A stretch of DNA of 64,000 nt, taken from Takakia lepidozioides. Its lineage: Eukaryota > Plantae > Bryophyta. The stretch is taken from assembly GCA_030704615.1 (NCBI GenBank), contig CM060731.1, forward strand, positions 68,696,001 to 68,760,000, read 5' to 3'. The notes beneath the pieces are model-generated. The model was not told where the DNA came from and searched no databases. It worked only from the letters and a program-made list of their open reading frames with translations. The position numbers and the translations under genes were made by a program. Positions within the stretch are counted from its first letter, which is position 1, and each line of letters starts with the position of its first letter. This document shows, one piece after another, positions 1 through 12,749 of this stretch.

Positions 1-416
1 GTCCGCTTCTATATGAAAGGTGCTTGTGGGTGGTGTAGCCTTCCGTGGTTGAAGCTATTGCTCTCAGCTACTCCATTGCTGGTTTGCACAGAAAAATTCA
101 AGGTCACCAATCTTCAGTTATAAGCGCAGAAAGGAGGCTCTGTGGATTGAGGGTTGGTCGAACCGACCGACATGCTATAACACAGCGGCGGGCACAATCT
201 GGTGATGGTTCTAATATCAGTGAACGCATTGGGAGTCCAGGCCGTGAATACAATGGGTATTATTTTCATGATCATTTAAGCTAGTTCCTACTCAAGGAGA
301 TAGAATTGCTACTATATTTGAGAATAAGTATTGTAGGAGCTTGGGATCATGTTTCAGTATAAAGTAAGTTTTGGATGTTTGAGTGATATAGGATCACAGG
401 GTCGAATCATGCACAA

Positions 417-3400
417 TTGTTTGAATTAGGCCCATCCACTGTGACCACCTCTTTTGAAAAAAGACCAGGAGATGGGGGCAACCCGAACTTTTCTGGCACG
501 AGTGGGGATGTGAGGACAGTATGTAAGGGCGGACAACTGAACGAGGCACTGCACATTTTGAGCCAACAAGGCATTTTGGCAGAGTCCAATGCTTACATCA
601 GTCTCTTGCAGGAGTGCATCAAGATGAAAGGTCTAACAGAGGGAAAGCAGGTGCATGCCAACATTGTCCAAAGTGGGCTTCCAGCCAAACATCTTTCTGT
701 TGAGCACCCTTATCAACATGTATGCAAAGTGCGGGAGCATGAGGGATGCATGCCAGGTATTTGACAAAATGGCTGAACGAGATATGTTTACTTGGAATAT
801 AACGATAGCAGGATATGCCAAGCACAGGTGCAGTAGGGAGGCTTTTGAGAACTTTGAGCAAATGCAACGGAAATGGGTGATGTCAGACAAGGTCACATTC
901 ATTTGTGTTGTCAACGCATGTGCCAACCTAACAGCCCTGGATAAGGCCAAAGAGGTCCATGCTCACATCATCAAAGGTCAGATTGTGCCAGATTTTATTT
1001 TGCAATTGTTCAATAATATGGTTCAACGAAATGTAGTCTCATGGAATGCAATGATCATAGGGTATGCTCAACATGGGTGTGGTAGAGAGGCTTTGGAGAT
1101 CCATGAGGAAATGATATAGGAAGGGGTGATGCAGATAGGGTCACATTTACTTGCATTCTCAATGCATGTGCCAGCCTGGCAGCCCTGTAAAAGGGGAAAA
1201 TGGTCCATGTTGACATCATCAAAGCTGGGATTGGACCAGATATCATTCTGGAGACTGCCTTGGCAAACATGTATGCCAAATGTGGGAGCTTGAAGACTGC
1301 ACGGAAAATGTTTGACAAAATGGCTCAAAGAGATGTGGTCTCATGGAATGCCATGGTCTCAGGATATGCCCAGCATGGGTCTGGTAAGGCTGCTTTGGAG
1401 ATGTATGAGCAAATGAGATGGGAAGGAGTGAAGCCTGACAAAGTCACATACATTTGTGCTCTCAATGCATGTGCCAGTCTAGCAGCCCTGGAAAAGGGCA
1501 AAGAGGTTCATGCTGGTGTTGATAAGGCCAGAATTCTTCCAGATATTATTCTAGAGAGCACCCTTGTTGATATGTATGCCAAATGTGGGAGTATGAATGA
1601 TGCACGCCAAGTATTTAACAGTATGGCTAAGCGAAATGTGGTGTCAGGGAGTGCAATGATACAAAATGCTCAACATGGATATGGTAGGGAGACATTTGAG
1701 ATCTATGAGCAAATGATATGGGAAGGGGTGTTGCCTGATAGGGTCACATTCACTTGCATTCTCAATGCCTGTGCCAGTCTGGGAGACCTGGAAAAGGGCA
1801 AAGAGGTGCATGCTGACATCATGAAAGTTGGAATTAGGCTAGATTCCATTCTAGAGACTGCCCTGGTTAATATGTATGCCAAATGTGGGAGTATGAAGGA
1901 TGCACGTCTAGTATTTGACAGTATGGCGCAAAGAGATGTGGTGTCATGGAACGCCATGACCTCAGGATTTGCACAACATGGGTGTAGTAGCGAGGCCTTG
2001 GAGATCTATGAGCAAATGCTGCAGGAAGGAGTAGTTGCATTCTCAATGCATGTGCCAGCCTTGCAGCCTTGGAAAAGGGAATAGAGGTCCATGCTGACAT
2101 CAGCAAGGTGGGCATTGTGGCAGATACCATCCTGGAGAATGCCCTTGTTGACATCTATGCGAAGTGTGGGAGCATAGCGGATGCACATCAAGTGTTTGAC
2201 AGTATGGTTGAATGAAATGTAGTGTCGTGTAGTGCGATGATAGCCGGATATGCTCAGCATGGATGTGGTAGGGATGCGCAGGATTAGTTCAGCAAGGGCA
2301 ATTCCAAAAGGCAACTGAATTCTGGCAGTGAATGCAACGAGAAGGCTTGAAGCCAAATGAAATCACCTATTTGAGCATCCTCAATTCATGTGCCAGCCCA
2401 CTAGCCCTGGAACAGGGCAAGTGGCTTCATGCGGACATAGTTGAGGCTGGACTTGAGTCAGTTGGCCAAGTGGCCAATGCCCTTGTCAGCATATATTGCA
2501 AGTGCAAGGGTTTTCTGAATGCATGCAAAGTGTTTGACAAAATGTCCGAACGAGACGTGTTCTCATGGAGTGTGATCATTTAAGGGTCATCACAACAAGG
2601 ACGTGGTGCGCAAGCATTTGATTTCTATTGGCAAATGCAACAAGAAGGTGTAAGCCTGACCAGATCACTTTCATTAGTATCCTTAGTGCATGCTCCAAGT
2701 TAGCAGTCTTGCATGAAGGGAGGAAGGTCCGAGACCATGTGGTGATCAATTCTGGATTTGAGTCAGATGTCTCAGTGGGTACTTCTCTTATTGCCATGTA
2801 TGTCAAGTGCGGGAGTCTGGGGGATGCAAGACAAGTGTTTGACAAAATTATTGGAAAGAACACAGTGTCATGGAATGCTATGATCGTAGGATATGCCTAG
2901 CATGGTTTCGGTACTGAGGCCCTAAAACTCTTTGAAGGGATGCAACATGAAGCCTGGGTGAAACCGACCAACGTAACTCTTATTTGAATCCTCTCTGCAT
3001 GCAGTCATGCGGGCCTACTAGATGAGGGCTGTCATTTCCCTTCTATGAATTAAGTTCGTGGTATCACACCAACAGAGTTAACTATGGCTGCATGGTTGAC
3101 CTTCTTGGCCGTGTAGGGCCTTTGGATGAAGCAGAGGACTTTATCAGCAACATGACAATCAACCCTAGTGCTCCAGTGTGGGGGGCTTGCTTGGCACCTG
3201 CAGAATCCATGGCCATGTGGCGCTAGCAGAACAAGCTGCACATCATATGTTCAAGTTAGAACTGGACAATGTTGCACTGTATGTGCTGCTTTCAAATGTC
3301 TATTCTATGGTTGGAAGATGGGGTGATGTAGCCAAGGTGAGAAAAGCAATGGAGGAGAGTGGTGTGAGAAAGAAGTCGGGGAAAAACTGGATTGAGGTTA

Positions 3401-3444
3401 ATCATAGGGTACACACATTTGTTTCAAGGGTAGAGCTGTTTTAG
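417..3444 (+). pseudogene. PLS-class PPR pseudogene (PLS arrays, E1/E2, truncated just after the PG box; no DYW deaminase core)
   Basis: Successive ORFs in shifting frames encode P/L/S motifs (MYAKCGS..DA..VFDKM..RDVVSWNAMI.GYAQHG) and E domains (GLLGTCRIHGHVALAE; YVLLSNVYSMVGRW), ending KKSGKNWIEVNHRVHTFVSRVELF*. It has multiple stops, frameshifts and motif deletions. The N-terminus closely resembles the gene at 41325. Confidence 0.92.
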
Positions 3445-6400
3445 ATACCCATCCTTATAGTAGGTGGGTGTACGATTGTCAACCCCCATTGTTCAATGTG
3501 GGAGGGAGAGACTCGTAATGGACTCAACTTTGACTTGTTGCACTGGCTCAACTGGCACATTAAATCTATTTTTTTGGCGGGATCATGCACCCATAAAAGG
3601 TTTTCAAGTGAATTATTTGACCAAAAGGTAGCATGTCTGGTTTTCCTCGCTTCCACTGAGATATTATGCTTGTGTTCATGATATGCATACAATGTCTTTG
3701 TCACTACCTGAGGGAGCTACTTATGGAATTCCATCTTCATAAGGATGTGAAGATGCCTAAGAACAAAATACGTGGGGCTGTTCATGGCTTCAATTGGCAT
3801 GCAATAGTCTCATGGACTGCTGCTCTAGGGCCTGCGATTGTCATCTGATAAAATCATGGAATGGATGCATGCATGATTGCTTTTACATGCAAGTTGGAGA
3901 GCCACTACAACTTTGGGATGAATGAACCGTATATAATGTATATTGGGAATGAATGAAGATTAGAAGTAATCATACTATGAATGAAAACACACACAGAAAG
4001 TATGAGTGCATATGTGCATATAGTGCCTATACACTCATGTTGACTTGTGAATGTCGTATGCAGACTGTGCTCTTCATTTCCAAGATGAGTTGTCTAATAG
4101 AGTTGAAATATTGTTCGTTGCATCCCATGTTGCGTTTGCTGTTTGTTTTATAGGTTCATTGAAAGAACTTGCTGGAAATGATACGTGTCATGTAGAGCAA
4201 TGCCTAGCCCGGAATTGGTTTTGATATGCCCAATACATGGGCAACGTACTATTTGCAGTAAGAATGAAGTAGTCGAAATCCAAGGTTCTGTTCTCTTCAT
4301 AGCCATGGAATTAGACAGCCTGAATCTTGTCCCCTATCACTTAGAAGCTCTGCACCACATTGTTGTTAAGCATGTTCAATAACTGGGGATGAGTATATGT
4401 ATATGAGAGCTCAAGTACTCTGTAAATTCATTTCTCTCTTCAAAATCCACCTTGCTTGTTTCTGCTGTCGCATATCACGGGATGTTCCATCGTACCAAAG
4501 ACTATGGTTTGTGGGTAAGGCAATAGATGCTAGATTAGTTGTGGAAATGTTGTTGGACAAAATTTATTGAACAGATAGGCCAAGAGAAGTATTCGTGTGC
4601 ACTATGTAGATATCCTTTTTGAAGTCTCAGACACTTTCATTGCAGTCGGAAGGGGTGATGACCCACAAACAGAGGAAGAGTATTGGGGACATCCAAGCAG
4701 TAAACGTCACAACTCTCACCAGGCCGAGATCCCCTCCATGAAATTCCTATGCAAAATTCACAACTTCATGTCTCACATGAGATAGTTGCAGGAAACGTGG
4801 GGAATATGTGGCCAGATTCCAGAATGCACTAGCAAACATTGGTGGGAATGGGTCATGGATGACCACCATGCCAACAGCCAATGTCTTCAAGCAGTTTCAG
4901 GAAGCTCCCCTACAGGTAAATCTCATCCCATTTTGGAGCCCCAAATGAGTACCAAACCTACAACCAACATACATGTGACTGAAACCATCTGGCCCTACCT
5001 TGGGTTGGTTTGTTACTGGGGTTGAAGGGCCCAGGCATTGGCTTGATGAAAAAGATCGTGCTTTGACCTCTTGTTGCCACTCATATTCTGGGCATGAGGC
5101 AAGTCATCATGCACTATCACTGAGGGTTCCAAACGCCACCAACGATGGCTCAAAGAGTTCAAAATGAGTTGGTATATAACATGGGATTTATAGTAGTTGG
5201 TAGGGTGCCTAATCAATGAGATGGAGTTCAGAGGAACACATTATGGAAATGGTGCATATGGAGACACAAATCAATTGTATATTTAATTAAGAATGGGAGT
5301 GCACATAGTTTGTATGAACAGATCATTTGTTACCTCTGGGGTTGTCTTTCTTTTGCCAATGATTCACAGGAAGCTGAAGCAAGTGGCTAATACCTTCTGG
5401 CAGCTTTTTAAAAATTGCAGCCAGTTTTTCAGCTTCACATGTTTGAATCATCTTCTATAACAGAGTTTTTCAGCATTGACGCACCAAGTTCATGGACCCT
5501 TGCCCTCGTGTAGGCCTCGCATATGAGGGACTCGTATTCATCAATATCATATGTCTCGCGGTATTCCCTCTGGTTCTCTATCATTTTGCTCTCCTTCATC
5601 GTGATTGTTGCGTTTGCCAACACTTGTAGCAGCGTGAAAACCTACACAGCCAATGCCTAGCATAAATCCTCAGCAAGGTATAAATGATGCGAACTGTAAT
5701 TGCATGCATAGCTGCAACTGAACCCAACCCTAAACCTTGACAATGGTGTGCATGTCATTTATCCTAAACCCTAAACCCCAAAATATCATGAATGGACTGC
5801 AGATAATATGAAATATGGCAATATGGAGAGTGATCAAGGATCAGAGTAGTGATCTAAGTTGTTCAGGAAGGAAAACAAAACGATAGAACATATGTGCATG
5901 TCCCTGGAGTGAGCCATTGATTATGGAAAGTGATGCCCGAGGTCACCTTCTTGTAATACAACATCAAAAATTGCAAAGTCAGCAGCTTTATGCCTTACCA
6001 GTCTCCCCAGGTCCCGAAAGTATCAACAAAATAACAAACTTTTCACCTCAGCTCCATATGAAACCCACTCTTCACCTCAGCTACATGTAAAAGCTTGCAT
6101 GAAGTGCCCAAAACTAGCAAAATAGGCCCACTTTTGCACTTTGCTAACTACTGTAGTGAGAAAATGAGACCTAAGTCATAATATGCAGATTTGTGAACCT
6201 ATGCATTCAATACATGTGAAAGAACCAACAAAGAACGATTAGGTTTCGGATGCTCATTGCAGAACTCACTCACCCGCAAAGTATAACCTGGAAGAAGAGT
6301 AGAATGAAAATCTGGAGAAGACAAGCACACAAAGTCGATCGTTTTTTGAGCGATAATAAGGATCTGCACGCAAGAAACGTTTGGAGCGCAAGCATTGCAA

Positions 6401-7104
6401 CCTCTGAACACGGCGACCACATCCTCCATCGTAGCAGGATTGCCCAATCGACGTGCATGACGGGACGCGGTACACCAACGCCAACAATAGCAACGAAAGC
6501 GAGAGCTGGTACGTGTATTCTCCAATGGCATGCCCGGGGGAGGATGAAGGCATGTATGGGGGATGGAGGGCGATGCCATGCATGAGGGCAGGATGGGAGG
6601 AGGGATGGGGGATGCGGGAGAGGGCACGTCCCATGTCCTCCAGCGGGACATGAGGCACGGGAGGGTGTGCCGCGCGGCAGCAGCCGCGCGGTGTGCGGGC
6701 GATGGAGGCTGGCGTGGGGTGGCGGGGGGTCCACGCTGGCTGAACCGGCTCCCTCGCATTCAACTCCAGGGCCCCATCTAATGCTTGGCCATGTGGTCTC
6801 GACTCCACCCATCAGCCACATTGGTCTCCAGGGTTGCTTCGGGAAGAGCAGAACCGCCCCTCTACTCAGTAGGTGCCGACAGATACCTAGAGGAATGATG
6901 ACACAAATGTCTAAATCTGTACACAAAGATCTATGATTCGGTATCTGAATCATCACAGAAGGTATGTCTTAACGAGTCACGACTTCTACTAATGACGTTG
7001 GTTGCCACTGAGCAATCGCACTAACCGACTCATGTATGGCCGCTGTAGTTTCTAACAAATTTCTCAGGGTTGAATCATACTGGCGTTTGTCGAGCATTGG
7101 AGCC

Positions 7105-9997
7105 ATGGTGCTCGTTCTCATAAAGAGATTTACGTTACTCGCAGGCATTGCAGTTACTCTCATCAGTGTACTTCCTCCAGGTTTGTTGAAGAGGATTGAT
7201 CCAATGTTCCTCGACAGTGTAATGTTTCATGCATGTATGATCGTGTCTGCTGCGAGAACAGAGAGAATGTTGCATCTTGGACTGGAAAAGTACGTGAGCT
7301 TGTAATTTACTCACAGATTCTAGAGTCTTGAGGGACAGACGACGTTGATCGACCATGATTTGCTGGTGATCCAGTCGCCGCCATCGATGCCGATTACTTC
7401 GAGGAAGGATATGTTGTGGAGACGGTGCTGGATGGCAACAAGCTTGCGCTTGCCGTCCACAGCATTTACGCAGATATGGACGGTGGCGCATCAGTGGTGG
7501 CATTGGACTCGGCCAAGAGCAGTCTTCTGAAACTCGGTCTGCCGTTATCTCGAGGTAGGCACGGCACCATCCTAAGCCCGCTGTCTTGATATCGCAGTCG
7601 CTGCGTCATGGCTTTGTCTTCAAATCCACTAATATATCCTTGAACCGAGCTTCCAGGTTGCAGTGATGCTCTTACTCTTTCGTGAGTACCAGTATTTTGC
7701 ACTGAGATTTGTAGTTGTGTTGTTGTGGTCACCTTGTCTTGGATTTTAGGTAGCGAAATTGAGCGCATTGCAGGCTCGCCGGGAGGGAAGGCAGGATATC
7801 GAGATGGGCGTGCAGATGAGGCTCTCTTCGACCATCCTAAGAAGCTTGCGTTTGATGATGATGGGAACATATACATCGCTGATACCAAGAACCTGGCTAT
7901 CCGCAAGCTCAGCAAAGCAGGTGAGCACGTGTTAAATTACTGTGAGTCCTCTCACATCCTCTCATGTTGCCCCAAAGCATACACAGGTTCAGGGGAACTT
8001 TGTGGGTTTGATTTTCAGAATGATGAAAACCTGTACAGCTTTATTTACAGGACACACGAGGTATTTGAACATATGATAGAAAAACCCCAAAACCTGGGAA
8101 AGAACAAAGAAGGGAGGAAAGCGACTGGACTCTTGAATTCGTGTCAAGCTGTTGTCTACAATTGAGAGCCTGAATGGTTGGTGATTGCTCGGGGGGTGGA
8201 TCTAATGGTGCTTCTATCTGGAGCAGGTTTTGTAACAACGATCGTGGGGGGCTCAAACAGAACTGGTCATACAGATGGCCAGGGCCGGGAAGCTTCATTT
8301 TCAAATGATTTTGATGTTGCTTATGTGCCCAGCTGCTGTTGTCTTCTTGTTTCCGATCGTGGAAACCGAATGATCCGACAGATCCAGCTACCACAGGTCA
8401 ATGGCCGCTGTCCTGGCCTCCGTCCAAGGGCTCCTGCAAGCAATCTTACAAGTATGTTTCAGAATTCCCCTTGAGCATAACAAACTCAGTCCAGTGTAGC
8501 ACAGTCGACGCCCACATGGTAACTTTCTGGTCTTCCACATGCATACCTTGGATGTGAGCTTCAAACCTTCTTGAGTTTGGCAGCATGAATGACGGGAGGT
8601 CAATCATGCTCCTGGATGGACTGGGTAAACCCTGAGTGCTTGATACCTTCCCAACAGCCCATACATTTGTATGGGTTAATGCATGCATGATGAAATATGT
8701 CGCCTATGAACGATTCCATCCTCCACCCTAAGAAAGAGAGGGACAGATTACATCTGGCTATGGCCTCTGGAGCCACCCACTCCGCGCCCGTCACCTAATA
8801 CGTATCGTAACTTTACTTTTCAACGCATTGTGTGGAATTCCATGGATTGATTCATGGGATGGTCGCCGTGCTCAGATGTTACACTGTACCTTGCCTTTTT
8901 CGGAGCGGGAGTGGTGGTGACGATCTTGGCATTCAAATGTTGGTCAATGCGCTTGCGGTCCAGCCTCTGCTGGGTAAACCTCTACAGGCCCTTCTGATAG
9001 GGTAAACTTGTTACAATGTTGGCGTTGCATGTTCACCATGTCTAATCTAACCCATACAGGCTTAGTGGATTTTGAGTGAGTTTTGCAATTCAGTTTGCAC
9101 TTGCTCTACCTAACCATCCCCAGTGTAGCTCTTGTAAATCCTGGAGATGTTTGTATTCCCATTTACAAGTATTGATATCTACTCTCTATTCACCTGCACG
9201 GATTTTATTCAAAGTGATTGTGCAGTACATTTGTACTTTCAAACAGTTTTGTGATGTGCTCATTAGACCTGAGCTTGGTGCTTCTCACTTGTAGGCAGGC
9301 AACAACCGGAAGCCCCATGTCTCCTCCACAGGAGACAGGGCAGCTCTCCTTCTCGATCCCGCAGCAGATGAAGGAACAAACCAAGACAATCTTCTCCGCC
9401 ATGAGAAACGCAGCTGCTGAGTTTTTCATCTGGGGTCCATTTCTGGCTATGGAATTTGCAAGTGCTTTCTTCGAAATGTTTGCATACCTTGTTTTGTACA
9501 GCATGTCGCTTCCTCTAGGACTACTTTGTTCCCAGCCCGTGCACACCTCGGTCACAAACCAGCCACGTCCACTGGAAGGTGAGACCGACTTACTGGGTTT
9601 CACGGAGATTTTGTATCCACAACAAACATGCAATCTTGATTCCCGCAGAAGTCTGTCAGCGAAGCCTGGTACCTTGGCAAGGATTGCTGGATTGGGAAGA
9701 GTGTTCTTTGACACCTCACCAAGTTCTCAAGTGAAGAACTCCAAACAAGATGCATCAGAACTGGCTAACTCCCTGATTGTCAATGACCTCATCGACTTCT
9801 CCGAACCAGCGGAAAGCAAAGCAAATCAGTCTACTTCCAGGATTGATTCTAAGACCATCGGTTTCTCACCTCCCCATGGAATCGACAAACTACCTATGCC
9901 ACTAGTTGCTGACAGCGAATCCAAAATGGACGATTTGGTCCAAAAGTGTCTTTCAGGACTAGCCCCCCAGTCGACAGTGCAAGACCTTCTGAATTGA
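7105..9997 (+). CDS. NHL-repeat domain single-pass membrane protein, 6 exons (7105-7180, 7375-7554, 7750-7920, 8227-8451, 8876-8973, 9299-9997)
   Basis: The GT-AG exon chain stays in frame. It gives a signal-peptide-like MVLVLIKRFTLLAGIAVTLISV, then EEGYVVETVLDG, NHL motifs AGYRDGRADEALFDHPK..FDDDGNIYIADTKNLAIRK and GHTDGQGREASFSNDFDV..LLVSDRGNRMIRQI, and a hydrophobic TM segment LYLAFFGAGVVVTILAF. Confidence 0.85.
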
Positions 9998-11052
9998 ACC
10001 GATTTCTGGGGTATCTTTGTTGAGCTGGGTTAAGCTTTTGACTTTTCAAAGTAACTCGCCTATCTTCCTGACTTAGGACAGCTCCAAATAGCTATCCAGC
10101 TAGCATCTGTTTCCAATATGAAAGGTTTTCGTGTATCAGATTCAGTTCTCAACTCTTTGAAACTCCCATGGCAACAGATCAATTTCCCATACGAATGTTT
10201 GCCAGGCAAATCTACACAGCTGGTTTTAGATGTGGACCTGTATGCAGACCTTAGTATTTAATGCATAACTTTGTGAATTTTCCTGCCATCCTTGCGCAGG
10301 ATTGGTTTTAGCCAGGGGTTTGAGCACCAAGAAGATAGCAGCTTGGGCAAAGGCACCCTACTTCACTTTTGGGCCTTTGTTGAGCCATGTCTTCATGGCA
10401 TGCAACAATTTCACATGGGGCCTGCAATGCTGACTGCTTCAAAGATCCGAGATAGTTTCACAAAGTTACTGAGATTCTGATTGGAACCCACTTCCCGTAC
10501 TCATAACCCTGCTTGTGAATTTTTTATGCAGGCCTTCCTTGAATGTGATCAGAATCGCCCAGGTCCAAAGCTCATGAATGGGGCTGACATATAGAAGTGC
10601 AAAGAGCTATGGAAAAGTTGCATTGTAGCCCGGGAGGGTCCCTCCACTTTGTCTAAATTTAATAAACGCTCAGAATCCTCACTCTGTTTGAAAATTCTTT
10701 CACCATGAACTTGAAGTTGCAAAGTTGTTGCTGTTGTTAGAAAGGCCCAGCAGGCTGAACTCATGTTTGAGTAGTCTGAATGAATGTGTAGTGTAGTTAG
10801 AAGGATTGTTAGTGGGTACTTAGTGATGCAGAGAAGAGCGGGGTGGTGAGATGCACATGAACGCCAAGTGTCTTGGGTCGTCCTCGTGTTCTGTACCGTT
10901 GTCAGCTCATGGTATGGCCCTCCCACACCCCACCTCCATTGTCTCCAGCTCTGCTTCTTTTTTGATCAGATCCTCTTTCCTTCGTCTGCTGGGCCCTCCA
11001 CTTTTGTTAAACTTTAATTTCAAGTTTCCGTGATCTCGTTTGCAGTTTAGAG

Positions 11053-12133
11053 ATGTCGCAGCACGATCAGATCAGCAGGGGGAAGCAGGGAGAAGACTAT
11101 CCACAAGAGAAGGCCGAGGCCCAGGATGCTAGCAAGGTTCCCTGGATCGGAGATACAGATGTATGAGCTATCACTCGGCATAAAAAGAAGAACGGAAATT
11201 CTTCTGATTAGTCTGGTCATGAGCGTGTTTAGTGCAAATCGGTGCAGTTATTTGTGAATTTTGTATGATCTGCAACCAGTTTTGAGTTACCAACCAGACA
11301 TGGTTGAATAGCGGAACAGTTGGTGGTCGGATGTTTTGGTGCGTGGACTTATGGATTTTGGGTACGCTTCTTTTTGTACAGCACAGACTGCGGCTGGAGA
11401 GACCCAGGGGAAGGCCATGGAAGCTGGTCGTTACGCCGCAGAGACTGGAGAAAAAACAAAGGAAAAAACTAAGGAGATGGCCGAGCAGGCTCGGGGGACA
11501 GTCGGTGGTATCCTTCAGAAGGTTTAATTTCCAACATCTGGCTTACAACTCTCGTGTATGGGTTCTACCAGTAGGTGGCAATCGTGTGCAAGTTGATCCT
11601 TTGACATTCACGTGTTTCAAGTTTCAACCTCTGAACTTCTTGCGAGAGTTGGTCCGATTCGATTTCTTCAGTCTGGTGACGCCTCTCACCTAGTCACGAT
11701 GCAATCTAGAACACTGCAAAATTGAGGGAATACGACCTCAGATGTGAGACTCCTCACAACTTGAAGAAAACTACTATCTTCGTGATGCCAGAGCTTCCAT
11801 TCTTCAGCAAATGATTGATTCAAACCTTGAATTCTATCTTCACACAGGCATTATTCGATCTGTAACAAGCATGATTAAACTTGACAACAATCTTTTGAAT
11901 TTGAACCATAGGACCGAGCTGGAAAGCCTCATATGTAAATTTTGAGGTTACGTTACAAGGATCGCAAGGAGTACAAGATATTAAATGACTTCTGGTATTT
12001 CGCAGTTAGCCATGCTCTCGATTTGCACTGACATTCGTGTTTGTTTCTTGGGCAATGTGAATGGCAGACTGGAGATGCGGTGGCCAATACTCTTCAGTCC
12101 CTCAAGGAAAAGTTGACTCCCGGCAACGACTAG
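11053..12133 (+). CDS. Small hydrophilic group-3 (LEA_4-like) LEA protein, 3 exons (11053-11136 or -11160, 11387-11521, 12068-12133)
   Basis: Spliced product is MSQHDQISRGKQGEDYPQEKAEAQDASK-TAAGETQGKAMEAGRYAAETGEKTKEKTKEMAEQARGTVGGILQK-TGDAVANTLQSLKEKLTPGND*. It is A/E/K/T-rich and has the GGILQ.TG motif typical of LEA3. All introns are phase 0. Confidence 0.75.
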
Positions 12134-12749
12134 AAATCGAGTACAAATGGCTAGATACAATCATCTACAGTGTACAGGCTGACTCCTCGCTTAGAGAATA
12201 ATGTGGAAACCAGGCTGTGGCCGAAAAACGAGCTTGGTTTCATTGTGAAATGTGCAAGTTTGGAAGTGAAACACGAGTTCAATTTTGTTGTGAACGAGGC
12301 ATTTCCCGTAGGAAGATTTCACAGAAGTGTTTATCGAATTGTGACCACAAACTCTAGCATTCGGCTTTGTCGCTGCAATCCAAACTATCCTTAGCCCAAG
12401 TTCAGAAAAGAATTTGCTCGAAAGGTTCTCATCTCGCACACATTCGTTTGCAACCTGGAGGCTACCATATAAGCATCCAACCTGACCCCGCTGCCTACAA
12501 GTCGTTGGTCAACAACGGTATTACGGGTGCAAAGGCGTAGTAGACCTGTGTGGGGCGAACCCAGAAGCGCATTCCCTGAGTGGCGCACCCTCTTCACAGC
12601 CGTAGGTGTGTTCAATAACATGAAAGCAAACATCAAAGAGCTGGAATGGCCTCCAAAGAATCAGCGGGTGCCAGGGAAACAATGTAGTGTCTGTCAATTT
12701 CAATGCTCATACGACTGCAAAACAAACATCTAGGCTTCTCCAACCATAC

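Noticed and set aside
417-3444. Stops in the PPR pseudogene rescued by U-to-C editing
   Set aside because: The locus is nuclear, frameshifts and deletions are present, and several stops are not C-to-T type.
6199-6956. Overlapping 180-228 aa ORFs
   Set aside because: GC-rich low-complexity sequence is open in many frames and carries no protein motif.
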